A stretch of DNA of 25,862 nucleotides from NCBI GenBank assembly GCA_018903055.1, contig JAHIPW010000086.1, positions 1-25,862 of the forward strand, read 5' to 3'. The DNA is from a bacterium. GTDB taxonomy: Bacteria > UBP18 > UBA7526. The notes under the pieces were generated by a model. The model was not told the origin of the DNA and made no database searches. It was given only the letters and a program-made list of their open reading frames with translations. Positions 1 to 8,721 of the stretch are shown in pieces; positions within the stretch are counted from its first letter, which is position 1; every line of letters starts with the position of its first letter. The translations under genes and the position numbers were made by a program.

Positions 1-1208
1 ACCTTGTCATTTAACTTCACTACTGGGATTGACCTCGCTCCCACATGCTGGGAAAGAGGAATTTTGACGAGATTCGTCCGATATTCTCTCTTCTCCAGAG
101 GAGCATCTACATTATACTCTTCTATCCCGATTCTTGAGATAATCCGCTCTGTGGGAACCCGGCGATACTCTATCATGGGATGGGCTTCCTCTGGCACCCC
201 TTTATGGGGATTCTTAACCTTGGCCTCTGTTAATTCCTTCTTAATCTCCTGATTTACCCTCAAAGGTGATAGACCAAAGGGGCAGGCATATAGATTACAT
301 AGGCCGCATTCTGAGCAGAGAAAAGCAGCAGTAATGTCATTCAGCTCCTTCCTCATCTCATACCCCACATGCCTCATTATCTTATGGGGTTTCAGAGAAT
401 GGCCGATTAAGTACCTGGGACAGAGCTCAGTGCAGTCAGTACACTGCATACAGAGCATAGTTCTGCGTAGGATTTTTCTCATCTCCAAGGTCTTGTTCAT
501 AATGACCTGATGGTCTTTGGGTAGAACAATCAATCCCGTGGTGGTCTTCATAACTGGGGAATCCAGATCCTCGATAAGTTTCCCCATCATGGGCCCACCA
601 TCCAAGATAGAAAAATCATTTATCAGGGGTTCAGCTAATCTTATTACCTCTCCCACACTCATCCCCACCGGAACCTTCACTGACTTCGGTTCCTTCACTG
701 CCCCGGATATTGTAAGATACCTATGAGTGACCGGTCTTCCTTCCATGGCATCTGTAATATTGATGAGGGTTCCTACATTATCTACTACTACTCCCACATC
801 AAGAGGAATCCCTCCTTCAGGGACGATCCTTTTTAATACCTCATAGACCAGGATCTGTTCATCCCCTGCAGGATAGAAATCGGCGAGGATAAATAACTGG
901 ATCCTGGATCCTGGATCCTTGATCCTGGCCTGTAGGGCTTCAAGGGCGGGTTTGTATTTTTCTTTGAGGGCAATGAATCCCTTCTTAGCACCGGTAGCCC
1001 CCATCACCAGTTCCAAACCCTTGATCACTTTATTCGCTTGAGAAGCCATTAATTGCTGATCGATGCGTAGGAGGGGCTCACACTCCGCACCATTGGCAAT
1101 GACATACTCTACCTTGGCCTCTAACTTCACGTGGGTGGGAAAGCCCGCTCCCCCTGCTCCCACCACTCCCGCATTCTTTACTTTATCAATAATTTCTTTT
1201 TTATTCAT
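1..1208 (-). CDS. pduS: PduS/RnfC-family BMC-associated flavin/Fe-S oxidoreductase; C-terminus beyond the left window edge
   Basis: Absent from the ORF track because its stop is outside the window. Hand translation from ATG at 1208 gives MNKKEIIDKVKNAGVVGAGGAGFPTHVKL...NGAECEPLL...FYPAGDEQ, plus two ferredoxin-type motifs (CMQCTDCTELCP, CSECGLCNLYACP). It lies next to BMC genes. Confidence 0.9.
   Translation of the reverse strand, partial: MNKKEIIDKVKNAGVVGAGGAGFPTHVKLEAKVEYVIANGAECEPLLRIDQQLMASQANKVIKGLELVMGATGAKKGFIALKEKYKPALEALQARIKDPGSRIQLFILADFYPAGDEQILVYEVLKRIVPEGGIPLDVGVVVDNVGTLINITDAMEGRPVTHRYLTISGAVKEPKSVKVPVGMSVGEVIRLAEPLINDFSILDGGPMMGKLIEDLDSPVMKTTTGLIVLPKDHQVIMNKTLEMRKILRRTMLCMQCTDCTELCPRYLIGHSLKPHKIMRHVGYEMRKELNDITAAFLCSECGLCNLYACPFGLSPLRVNQEIKKELTEAKVKNPHKGVPEEAHPMIEYRRVPTERIISRIGIEEYNVDAPLEKREYRTNLVKIPLSQHVGARSIPVVKLNDK
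897..928. repeat. Heptamer tandem CTGGATC inside pduS
   Basis: CTGGATC three times exactly, then CTTGATC and a partial CTGG. Confidence 0.9.
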
Positions 1209-1249
1209 CCTTACTTTCTCAAGGGTTAGTAGGGGGAATAGGAATGATA

Positions 1250-1410
1250 ACGGTTACTACGTTCCGCAAATGCGGAATTGTTACTACCGGTTACTACGCT
1301 ACGCTGTTACTAACAGTTACTTTTATACTAATTTGGTAACCATTAGTAACCGTTTAGTAACCATTAGTAACTGCTAGTAACTTTTCCTGTTACCCTTGCC
1401 ACCCGTGTCA
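1250..1410. repeat. Mirror heptamer array GTTACTA/TAGTAAC with an embedded hairpin
   Basis: GTTACTA-like run at ~1252-1321, reverse-complement TAGTAAC run at ~1335-1381, hairpin TTCCGCA-aa-TGCGGAA at 1262-1277. Confidence 0.9.
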
Positions 1411-1412
1411 TT

Positions 1413-2843
1413 TTAGGCTATGCGGAAGTAGTCTACTAAGACGCATCTTAATGGTCGAGTAAAGGTACTGGCCTTAGTCAAACCTTCCCCAGTAGGGGTG
1501 GCGATGCTCATGGTGGCATATCCCTCTCCCTCATAGCCCAACCCGGCATAGGAGGGAGCGTTCTTGACGAAGATGGAGACCTGGGCGGTTTTGGCCATCT
1601 TGGTCAGATTGGCCACATTCAAAGAATGCATGATGGCGGTATGCTTATTTCCCTGTTCCACTTCTACAGCAAAACTTATTGCCTCATTAACATCCTTTAC
1701 TCTGACAAAGGGAATGACGGGCATGAGCTGCTCTGTCCAGATATAGGAATGGTTCCTATCTACTTCACAGAATAAGAGCCTCACACTCTCTGGTACCTTT
1801 ATTCCAATCTTGGAAGCGATTAAAGTGGCATCCTTACCAATATACTCCCTACTCACTTTGGGCTCTTTTCCTGGCCCGCCTGGCTCCAGTATGACCGCCT
1901 TGGTTAATTTTTCAAACTCTTCCTTCTTTAATTCATAAGTGCGAGGATCTTTGCGCAATAGTTCTAATAGTCTATCGGCAATGGCCTCAACGGCAATGAT
2001 CTCCTTTTCTGCAGTACATAAGACACCATTATCAAAACTGGCTCCCTTTATGATGGAGTCGCAGGCATGTTCTAAATCTGAAGTTTCATCCACCACTACT
2101 GGTGGGTTTCCCGGTCCAGCAGCAATTACCTTCTTCCCGCAAGCCATGGCTGCTTTTACTACCGCCGGTCCTCCAGTAACCAAAATGAGCTTTATCTTGG
2201 GATGCCTGAATAATGTCTGGGCCTCTTCAATGGAGGGCTTGGCAGCAGTAGTCATTAGATTTGCTGGGCCACCGGCTTTTATGATTGCCTCATTCAATAT
2301 TTGAATGGATTTTAAAGATACCTTCTTCGCCGCTGGATGGGGAGCAAAGACCACGCTATTCCCGGCAGCGATGATGGAGATGCTATTATTTATTATGGTA
2401 GAGGAAGGGTTGGTGGAGGGAACCACAGCACCGATTACCCCAAAGGGGGCCATCTCCACTAAGGTTAAACCGTGGTCCCCGGTATAGGCTATGGGGTGTA
2501 GATCCTCTACCCCGGGTGTCTTCTGGGCAGCTAAGAGATTCTTCTGGACCTTATCCTCCCATCTTCCCATTCCCGTCTCTTCCCAGGCCAACTTAGCTAA
2601 ACTCTCCGCCTCCCTGATTGAGGCCTCCCTCATGGCCTCGATATACTTACTCCTCTTTTCCAGACTCTCCCGAAAGAGTTCCCTCTGGGCAATCCGTGCT
2701 GCTTCAATGGCTTCTTCCACATTGGGAAAGACTCCCAGGTCTCCCGCGCCTGCTTTTACTTCAGGAAGTTCGGCCTCCTTCTTCGTCATTCTCTCCACTA
2801 TTTCCTTGACAACTTCCTTTATTTTCTCTGGACTAATCTCCAT
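1413..2843 (-). CDS. CoA-acylating aldehyde dehydrogenase, PduP/EutE family, with N-terminal encapsulation peptide
   Basis: Motifs PFGVIGAVVPSTNP, VTGGPAVV, AGPGNPPVVVDET, SFDNGVLCTAEKE (catalytic Cys), EQLMPVIP and PTGEG. Start moved from 2870 to ATG 2843, which has GAGG 6 nt upstream and is followed by the amphipathic helix PEKIKEVVKEIVERM. Confidence 0.93.
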   Translation of the reverse strand: MEISPEKIKEVVKEIVERMTKKEAELPEVKAGAGDLGVFPNVEEAIEAARIAQRELFRESLEKRSKYIEAMREASIREAESLAKLAWEETGMGRWEDKVQKNLLAAQKTPGVEDLHPIAYTGDHGLTLVEMAPFGVIGAVVPSTNPSSTIINNSISIIAAGNSVVFAPHPAAKKVSLKSIQILNEAIIKAGGPANLMTTAAKPSIEEAQTLFRHPKIKLILVTGGPAVVKAAMACGKKVIAAGPGNPPVVVDETSDLEHACDSIIKGASFDNGVLCTAEKEIIAVEAIADRLLELLRKDPRTYELKKEEFEKLTKAVILEPGGPGKEPKVSREYIGKDATLIASKIGIKVPESVRLLFCEVDRNHSYIWTEQLMPVIPFVRVKDVNEAISFAVEVEQGNKHTAIMHSLNVANLTKMAKTAQVSIFVKNAPSYAGLGYEGEGYATMSIATPTGEGLTKASTFTRPLRCVLVDYFRIA

Positions 2844-2867
2844 CGTCATCCTCGCTTCGCTCCGATG

Positions 2868-2948
2868 CACGGATTAGCACTGATAATAATACAGATTAGC
2901 ACGGATTTAATCTGTGCTCATCCGTATGAAATCCGTGATTATCCGTGT
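2868..2948. repeat. Mirror heptamer array CACGGAT/ATCCGTG
   Basis: CACGGAT/ACAGATT units followed by ATCCGTG units. The same family occurs at 11840-12130 and 16274-16375. Confidence 0.85.
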
Positions 2949-3239
2949 CTAAGACTTTCTGAATAAAACCTTTCCTTCGGCCTCGATGGTATCCACAATG
3001 GCCATAATTACGGCATCCGTGGGAGTATCCTTGGTCCTTATTGTCTGTCGAGCCGAGGAGCCTTTGGCGATCAAGACTACCTCTCCAATTCCCGCTCCCA
3101 TAGCATCGATAGCCACCAGAGGAGATCCCTCTTCTTTTCCTTCCATGCTTATGGGCTGGACCGCCAATAATTTGCAACCTTCTATCTTCTCATCCTTTAT
3201 AGTAGCCACAACGGTACCAATCACCTTAGCAAATATCAT
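2949..3239 (-). CDS. eutN: BMC pentameric vertex protein (EutN/CcmL family)
   Basis: MIFAKVIGTVVATIK...KLLAVQP...VAIDAMGAGIGEVVLIAKGSSAR...DAVIMAIVD; 96 aa; strong RBS AAGGAGG. Confidence 0.95.
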   Translation of the reverse strand: MIFAKVIGTVVATIKDEKIEGCKLLAVQPISMEGKEEGSPLVAIDAMGAGIGEVVLIAKGSSARQTIRTKDTPTDAVIMAIVDTIEAEGKVLFRKS

Positions 3240-3320
3240 CTGTCTCCTCCTTATAGATTAGAGGTTTACAGTAACCATTTTACAGTTGACAGTAGAACAC
3301 TGTTCGCTGGTTACTGGTTA

Positions 3321-4526
3321 CTACTTTGTTTTCCTGATTACATCATAGGTATCTCGGGCAATGACCAGTTCCTCGTTGGTTGGAATGCAATAGACCTTGA
3401 CCTTTGAATTGAGAGCGCTTATCTCTCCCTCCTTCCTTATGGTCTTCTCATTTTTTTCCCTATTAATGATCACCCCTAAAAATTCCAATCCGGCACAACT
3501 CAAGGCACGAATTCTGGGGACATTCTCCCCAATCCCGGCAGTGAAGACGATGGCATTTACTCCTCCCATGGCTCCGGCATAGGAAGCGATATACTTCCTT
3601 ATGTGATAGGTGAATATTTCTATGGCCAATCTCGCTCGATCATTCCCCTTCTTCTCCTCCTCCAGGATGTCGTACATATCATTACTCACTCCGGATAGTC
3701 CCTGGAGGCCGGAATGAAAATTGAGCATGGTATTTATCTCATTTGCCGATAATCCCTCATTGGCCATGATATATAAGACGATGGCGGGATCGATGTCTCC
3801 GCACCTGGTTCCCATAACCAAGCCCTCCAGGGGGGTAAAGCCCATGGAGGTATCGATGGATACCCCACCTTTTACCGCAGCAATACTTGCTCCATTCCCT
3901 AAGTGACAGGTGATGACCTTTAAGTCTGTCAAGGGCTTATCCATAAGATGGGCTACCCTCTGGGAGACATAGAGGTGAGAAGTACCATGAAAGCCATATC
4001 TTCTAATTCCATATTTGCGATACTGCATATAGGGCAATCCATAGATGTAGGCATGTCTGGGCATGGTCTGATGAAAGGCGGTGTCGAAGACCGCTACCTG
4101 GGGAATCTTTGAAAGGAGTTCTTCACAGGCTATGATCCCCCTCAGGTTGTGAGGATTATGTAGGGGAGCAAGTTCTATACAGTCCTTAATATCCTCCTTC
4201 ACCTCTTCTGTAATTCGCATAGAGGCGGCGAACTTCTCCCCCCCATGAACCACCCGATGGCCGACGGCAGCAATCTCTTTCTTGTCTTTAATGACCCCGC
4301 TTTTGGGATGGAGAAGAGCATCCAGGGCCAACTTTATCGCCCCCCTGTGATCCAAAATCTCTGCTGCTATCTTTACCGGCTTCTTCTTCCCCATCTGATG
4401 GGTAAGGATGGCTCCGCTCATCCCGATACGTTCCACAATCCCCTTGGCCAGGACAGACTCCTTTTCAATCTCAATCAGTTCATACTTCACAGAGGAACTT
4501 CCACAGTTCAAAACCAGAATATTCAT
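3321..4526 (-). CDS. ackA: Acetate/propionate kinase
   Basis: Motifs NCGSSSVKY, GHRVVHGG, APLHNP, FDTAFH, YGFHGTSH, CHLGNGAS, DTSMGFTPLEG, FTAGIGEN and PTNEEL. Confidence 0.97.
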   Translation of the reverse strand: MNILVLNCGSSSVKYELIEIEKESVLAKGIVERIGMSGAILTHQMGKKKPVKIAAEILDHRGAIKLALDALLHPKSGVIKDKKEIAAVGHRVVHGGEKFAASMRITEEVKEDIKDCIELAPLHNPHNLRGIIACEELLSKIPQVAVFDTAFHQTMPRHAYIYGLPYMQYRKYGIRRYGFHGTSHLYVSQRVAHLMDKPLTDLKVITCHLGNGASIAAVKGGVSIDTSMGFTPLEGLVMGTRCGDIDPAIVLYIMANEGLSANEINTMLNFHSGLQGLSGVSNDMYDILEEEKKGNDRARLAIEIFTYHIRKYIASYAGAMGGVNAIVFTAGIGENVPRIRALSCAGLEFLGVIINREKNEKTIRKEGEISALNSKVKVYCIPTNEELVIARDTYDVIRKTK

Positions 4527-4569
4527 CCCACCCTTCCTTTCATGAGATTTCTGAAAAAGTCAGCAATCT

Positions 4570-4655
4570 TTGATTACGGTGATTAAACTAAAGATTACAA
4601 CGATGAAATTGTCATCGAGTAATCACTGTCATCATTCTTTTGAATCACTGTAATC
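4570..4655. repeat. Mirror array GATTAC/GTAATC
   Basis: GATTAC/GATTAA units, a CGATGA-aattg-TCATCG hairpin, then GTAATC/GAATCAC units. Confidence 0.7.
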
Positions 4656-5967
4656 AGAGGTCTCTGGGCATTTTTCCAGAGACCTCTTTCATATTTTTAA
4701 TGAGAGCGTCACCATACTCAGAACACTTTAATTCTGTTGCCCCCTTCAGCTGTCTGGCCAGGTCATAGGTGACAAGTTTCTTTGATATGGTCCTATTTAT
4801 CGATTCCTTAATAAGCTGAGCAACCTCATCCCACCCCAGATACTCTAACATCATTACGCCGGATAGGATTAAAGCAGTGGGGTTTACTTTATCCAGACCG
4901 GCATATTTTGGTGCCGCACCGTGAGTTGCCTCAAAGAGAGCAATTTCATCACCTATATTTGCCCCGGGAGCCATCCCCAGACCACCCACCTGAGCAGCGC
5001 AGGCATCGGAAAAGTAATCGCCATTTAGATTGGGAAGAGCAAGGACATGGTACTCACTGGGTCTTAAGAGTATCTGCTGGAACATCTGGTCGGCTATTCT
5101 ATCCTTAATTATAATCCTTCCCCCGGGATCTCCGGATGGTCTCCCACCCCGCAGTTCCGCATAATGCCCTTCCTTCTGCACCGGGGTTACCCCATCTTCT
5201 GCCTTCACCTGATCCCAGAGCTCATCTTCGGTAATAACTCTATCCCGGAACTCATCTAGGGCAACTTCATACCCCCAGTTTTTAAAGGCCCCTTCAGTAA
5301 ATTTCATTATGTTTCCCTTGTGGACTAAAGTTAAGGATTTTCTGTTGTTAGCTACCACGTATTCCAGGGCTTTTCTCACCAGCCTTTTGGTGGCAAACTC
5401 GCTTATGGGTTTGACTCCAATCCCGGAATCACTCCTAATACTCACTTTCATCTCTTCTTTAAGGAAGTCAATAACTTTTTTTGCCTCAGCCGTTCCCATC
5501 TCCCACTCAATCCCGGCATAGACATCTTCGGTATTCTCCCTGAAGATAATTACATCCAATTCTTCAGGATTTTTGACTGGTGTGGGAACACCTTTATAGT
5601 GACGGGAGGGTCTCACGCAGGCATATAAATCGAGTCTCTGTCTCATACTAACATTTAAACTCCGGTATCCTCCTCCCACCGGTGTAATGAGCGGGCCTTT
5701 AATGGCAACTCTATATTCCCTTATGGCATCATAGGTCTCTTCGGGAAGGGGGTTATGGTATAATTCAATGGCCTTTTCGCCGGCAAATATCTCCAGCCAC
5801 TTGATTTCTCTCTTCCCGTTATAGGAAATCTCTACTGCTGAATCCCAGACCTTCTTTGAAGTTCTCATGATATCTGGTCCTGTCCCGTCTCCCTCAATAT
5901 AGGGAATTACTGGAGAATCCGGGACCTTTATTCTTCCATTCTCAAATTTTATCTTCTCCCCTTCCAT
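4654..5967 (-). CDS. icd: Isocitrate dehydrogenase, homodimeric E. coli-type, probably NADP-dependent
   Basis: Motifs [58 protein letters not shown] and FEATHG-APKY (Lys-Tyr pair typical of NADP forms). The start overlaps the citrate synthase stop (TAATG). Confidence 0.95.
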   Translation of the reverse strand: MEGEKIKFENGRIKVPDSPVIPYIEGDGTGPDIMRTSKKVWDSAVEISYNGKREIKWLEIFAGEKAIELYHNPLPEETYDAIREYRVAIKGPLITPVGGGYRSLNVSMRQRLDLYACVRPSRHYKGVPTPVKNPEELDVIIFRENTEDVYAGIEWEMGTAEAKKVIDFLKEEMKVSIRSDSGIGVKPISEFATKRLVRKALEYVVANNRKSLTLVHKGNIMKFTEGAFKNWGYEVALDEFRDRVITEDELWDQVKAEDGVTPVQKEGHYAELRGGRPSGDPGGRIIIKDRIADQMFQQILLRPSEYHVLALPNLNGDYFSDACAAQVGGLGMAPGANIGDEIALFEATHGAAPKYAGLDKVNPTALILSGVMMLEYLGWDEVAQLIKESINRTISKKLVTYDLARQLKGATELKCSEYGDALIKNMKEVSGKMPRDL

Positions 5968-7166
5968 TACCTCTTCTCCATGGGAATGTATTCTTGTTTT
6001 AAGGGACCATAGTACTCTGCTCTGGGGCGAAATATTCTGTTTTCCGGCATATACTCTAAGACCCTCGCTGTCCAGCCCGCTACTCTTGATACGGCAAAGA
6101 GCGGGGTAAAGAGCGAGGTCTCCAGCCCCAGTGCTTTGTAAACAATGCCGGAATAAAAATCAACATTGGGAAATATTCCTTTTTTCTCACCCAACTCTCT
6201 TATCTCCACTTCCTCTAATCTTTCAGCAATTGCCAAAAGATTTTTAATCTCTTCAGTGGTAGCTACTCTGTGACAATACTCTTTAAATATTCTTGCCCGG
6301 GGGTCATGGGCATGGTAAATGCGATGTCCAAAGCCCGGAATTTTATGGTGTAGTTTCCTCTCTCTTCCATACCATTCCTCCACATTGGAAGGTGTGCCAA
6401 TCTCCTGTAACATCTTTATCACCCTCTCATTTGCCCCACCATGCAAGGGACCTTTAAGGGAACCAATCCCTCCAGCAATGGTGGCATAAAAATCGGAAAG
6501 TGAGGCGTGAATGACCATGCAGGTAAAGGTTGAACCACTCATTCCGTGGTCGGCATGGAGGATTAGCGCCATATCAATGGCTTTAGAAATTTCTTCATCC
6601 ACGCCCCTCAACGAGGGGCGGGATTCATCTACTTCGCCAGTAATCATATAGACAAGATTTTCAGCATGGGAAAGGTCTTCCCGGGGTTCGATAACCTCTT
6701 TCCCTTTCTTTATCCTGCTTATGGCCGCAGTTACCGTGGCAATTTTTGATATAATTCTTATGGCTACTTCCTTTTCACTCTCTAAAGTAACCTTCTGGGA
6801 CTCCTTATCATATCCCGCCAGGGCCGCGACAGCACTCATTAACAGATTCATAGAATGGGTATCCTTGGGAAGAATTTTTATCATCTCAACTATGCCTTGG
6901 GGTATGGATCTGCTTACTTTTAATTTTTCTTTAAATCCATTAAGTTCGTCCCTTTTGGGGAGTTTCCCAAATAAAAGAAGGTAAGCGGTCTCTTCAAATG
7001 ATGAGTATTTCGCCAGGTCCTCAATGCTAATACCTCGGTAACAGAGCCTACCCTCTTTTCCGTTAACATAGCCAATCTGAGTGTTATTGACTATGGCCCC
7101 TTCCAGGCCTCTTCCAATTTCACATTTAATGGGAAATTCTTTTTTGCCAACAAAATCTCTTTCCAT
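5967..7166 (-). CDS. gltA: Citrate synthase / 2-methylcitrate synthase family
   Basis: Motifs [52 protein letters not shown] and [10 protein letters not shown]. Start placed at ATG 7166, which overlaps the mdh stop (TAATG), rather than 7271. Confidence 0.92.
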   Translation of the reverse strand: MERDFVGKKEFPIKCEIGRGLEGAIVNNTQIGYVNGKEGRLCYRGISIEDLAKYSSFEETAYLLLFGKLPKRDELNGFKEKLKVSRSIPQGIVEMIKILPKDTHSMNLLMSAVAALAGYDKESQKVTLESEKEVAIRIISKIATVTAAISRIKKGKEVIEPREDLSHAENLVYMITGEVDESRPSLRGVDEEISKAIDMALILHADHGMSGSTFTCMVIHASLSDFYATIAGGIGSLKGPLHGGANERVIKMLQEIGTPSNVEEWYGRERKLHHKIPGFGHRIYHAHDPRARIFKEYCHRVATTEEIKNLLAIAERLEEVEIRELGEKKGIFPNVDFYSGIVYKALGLETSLFTPLFAVSRVAGWTARVLEYMPENRIFRPRAEYYGPLKQEYIPMEKR

Positions 7167-8167
7167 TATTTTTTCCTGCCTCCTCGGCAGGTCGCCGATG
7201 AGGCGACCTTTCCTTTTCCTCCCATAAGATGAGCACTGGCTTCCAGTGCTATTTGTATTTTTTCCTTGCATATTTTGGCGCTCTCTTTAAGTGATGCCAA
7301 CTCAGGGGCTTTAAGTTTCAGTTCGATTATCTCCTCCACACCGCTACTCCCTAACTTTGCCGGAACCCCCATAAAAATGTCTTTCAGTCCATACTCTCCG
7401 GATAGATAACAAGAAGAGGGAAGTATTCTCTTCTTATCTTTTATGATTGACTCTGCCATATTATATACTGCTTGTGCCGGAGCGTAGTAGGCGCTTCCCT
7501 TATTTAAGAGGTTTACTATTTCGTCTCCCCCTTTTCTGGTTCTTTCGATTAATGAATCTATGGTCTCTTTATCCAGTAGTTCGGTTATGGGAATACCACT
7601 TACCGTGGTATATCTGGGCAGAGGAACCATGGAATCTCCATGTCCCCCGAGGACCAGGGCAGCTATATCTTCAGTGGAAACATCCAATTCTTCGGCAATA
7701 AAGTAACTGAACCGAGCGGAATCTAAGACTCCGGCCTGTCCCACAACTTTTTTCTCGCTGAAACTGGTAACTTTCCAGAGTAAATAACTCATGACATCCA
7801 GAGGGTTGGTAACCATAATGACTATTGAATCAGGCGAATATTTTTTTATATTCTTTGCTACTTCGGTAATAATAGAGGCATTTTTTTTGAGTAGGTCCTC
7901 TCTGGTCATTCCCGGTTTTCTAGGAAGGCCGGCAGTTACCACAACTATATCTGAATGACTTATCTCTTCATATGAAGATGTTCCTGCTATATGAGAGTCA
8001 AATTTTGCGGCGGCGGAACTTTCCGCTATGTCAAGGCCCTTACCTTTAGGTATACCGGGAAGAATATCCAGTAATACCACATCCGCCAATTCTTCTCTTG
8101 CTATAAGAATAGCGATGGTCTCTCCTACATGACCGGCGCCTATTATAGAAACTTTTGCCCTTCTCAT
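7166..8167 (-). CDS. mdh: NAD-dependent malate dehydrogenase (LDH-like)
   Basis: GAGHVG Rossmann motif, TAGLPRKPGMTREDL (substrate Arg diagnostic of MDH over LDH), VTNPLD, GVLDSAR and LGGHGD. Start at ATG 8167 overlaps the fumarase beta stop (ATGA). Confidence 0.95.
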   Translation of the reverse strand: MRRAKVSIIGAGHVGETIAILIAREELADVVLLDILPGIPKGKGLDIAESSAAAKFDSHIAGTSSYEEISHSDIVVVTAGLPRKPGMTREDLLKKNASIITEVAKNIKKYSPDSIVIMVTNPLDVMSYLLWKVTSFSEKKVVGQAGVLDSARFSYFIAEELDVSTEDIAALVLGGHGDSMVPLPRYTTVSGIPITELLDKETIDSLIERTRKGGDEIVNLLNKGSAYYAPAQAVYNMAESIIKDKKRILPSSCYLSGEYGLKDIFMGVPAKLGSSGVEEIIELKLKAPELASLKESAKICKEKIQIALEASAHLMGGKGKVASSATCRGGRKK

Positions 8168-8721
8168 TTTTCTTTCCTTTTGAATTTCTTCCAACCTATC
8201 CGGTAGAGGTCTTTACCTCTGGTATCGTTTATTACTACTAAAGGCATCTCTTCAACTTCCAGTCTTCTTATTGCTTCGGGCCCCAGATCCTTATAGGCAA
8301 TTATCTGGGAAGCTTTTATATATTGGGATATAAGGGCTCCAGCACCGCCCAAGGCAGCAAAATATAGGGACTTATTCTTTACTATGGAATCTATTACTCT
8401 CCTGGAACGTGGTCCTTTCCCTATCATTCCTTTCAGTCCTCTTTCCAAAAGTAGAGGAGTGAAAGGGTCCATGCGACAAGAGGTGGTCGGTCCGGCCGAT
8501 CCGATAACCATACCTGGTTTTGCCGGGGAGGGACCGCAATAATAGATTACACTTCCTTCAATGTCAAAGGGGAGTCTTTTCCCTTTCCGGATACTGTCAA
8601 CCAACCTTTTGTGAGCGGAGTCCCTGGCGATATAAATTATTCCAGACAACAGAATCTTATCTCCGATCTTTAATTTGACTATATCAGAATTTTTTAGGGG
8701 TGTGGTTAGTCTATATAACAT
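8164..8721 (-). CDS. Class I Fe-S fumarate hydratase / tartrate dehydratase, beta subunit
   Basis: Motifs LSGIIYIARDSAHKRL, YYCGP, AGPTTSCRMD, MIGKG, ALGGAGAL and DLGPEA. The mdh context favours fumarase. Confidence 0.92.
   Translation of the reverse strand: MLYRLTTPLKNSDIVKLKIGDKILLSGIIYIARDSAHKRLVDSIRKGKRLPFDIEGSVIYYCGPSPAKPGMVIGSAGPTTSCRMDPFTPLLLERGLKGMIGKGPRSRRVIDSIVKNKSLYFAALGGAGALISQYIKASQIIAYKDLGPEAIRRLEVEEMPLVVINDTRGKDLYRIGWKKFKRKEK

Noticed and set aside
2896-3177. Alternative-frame minus-strand ORFs (2896-3177, 10960-11184, 18148-18330)
   Set aside because: They overlap eutN, tpiA and mtnP in other frames and have no family features.
4656-4687. Intrinsic terminators at this and other hairpins
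   Set aside because: They lack a U-tract on the coding strand and several belong to dispersed repeat families, so none was annotated as a terminator.
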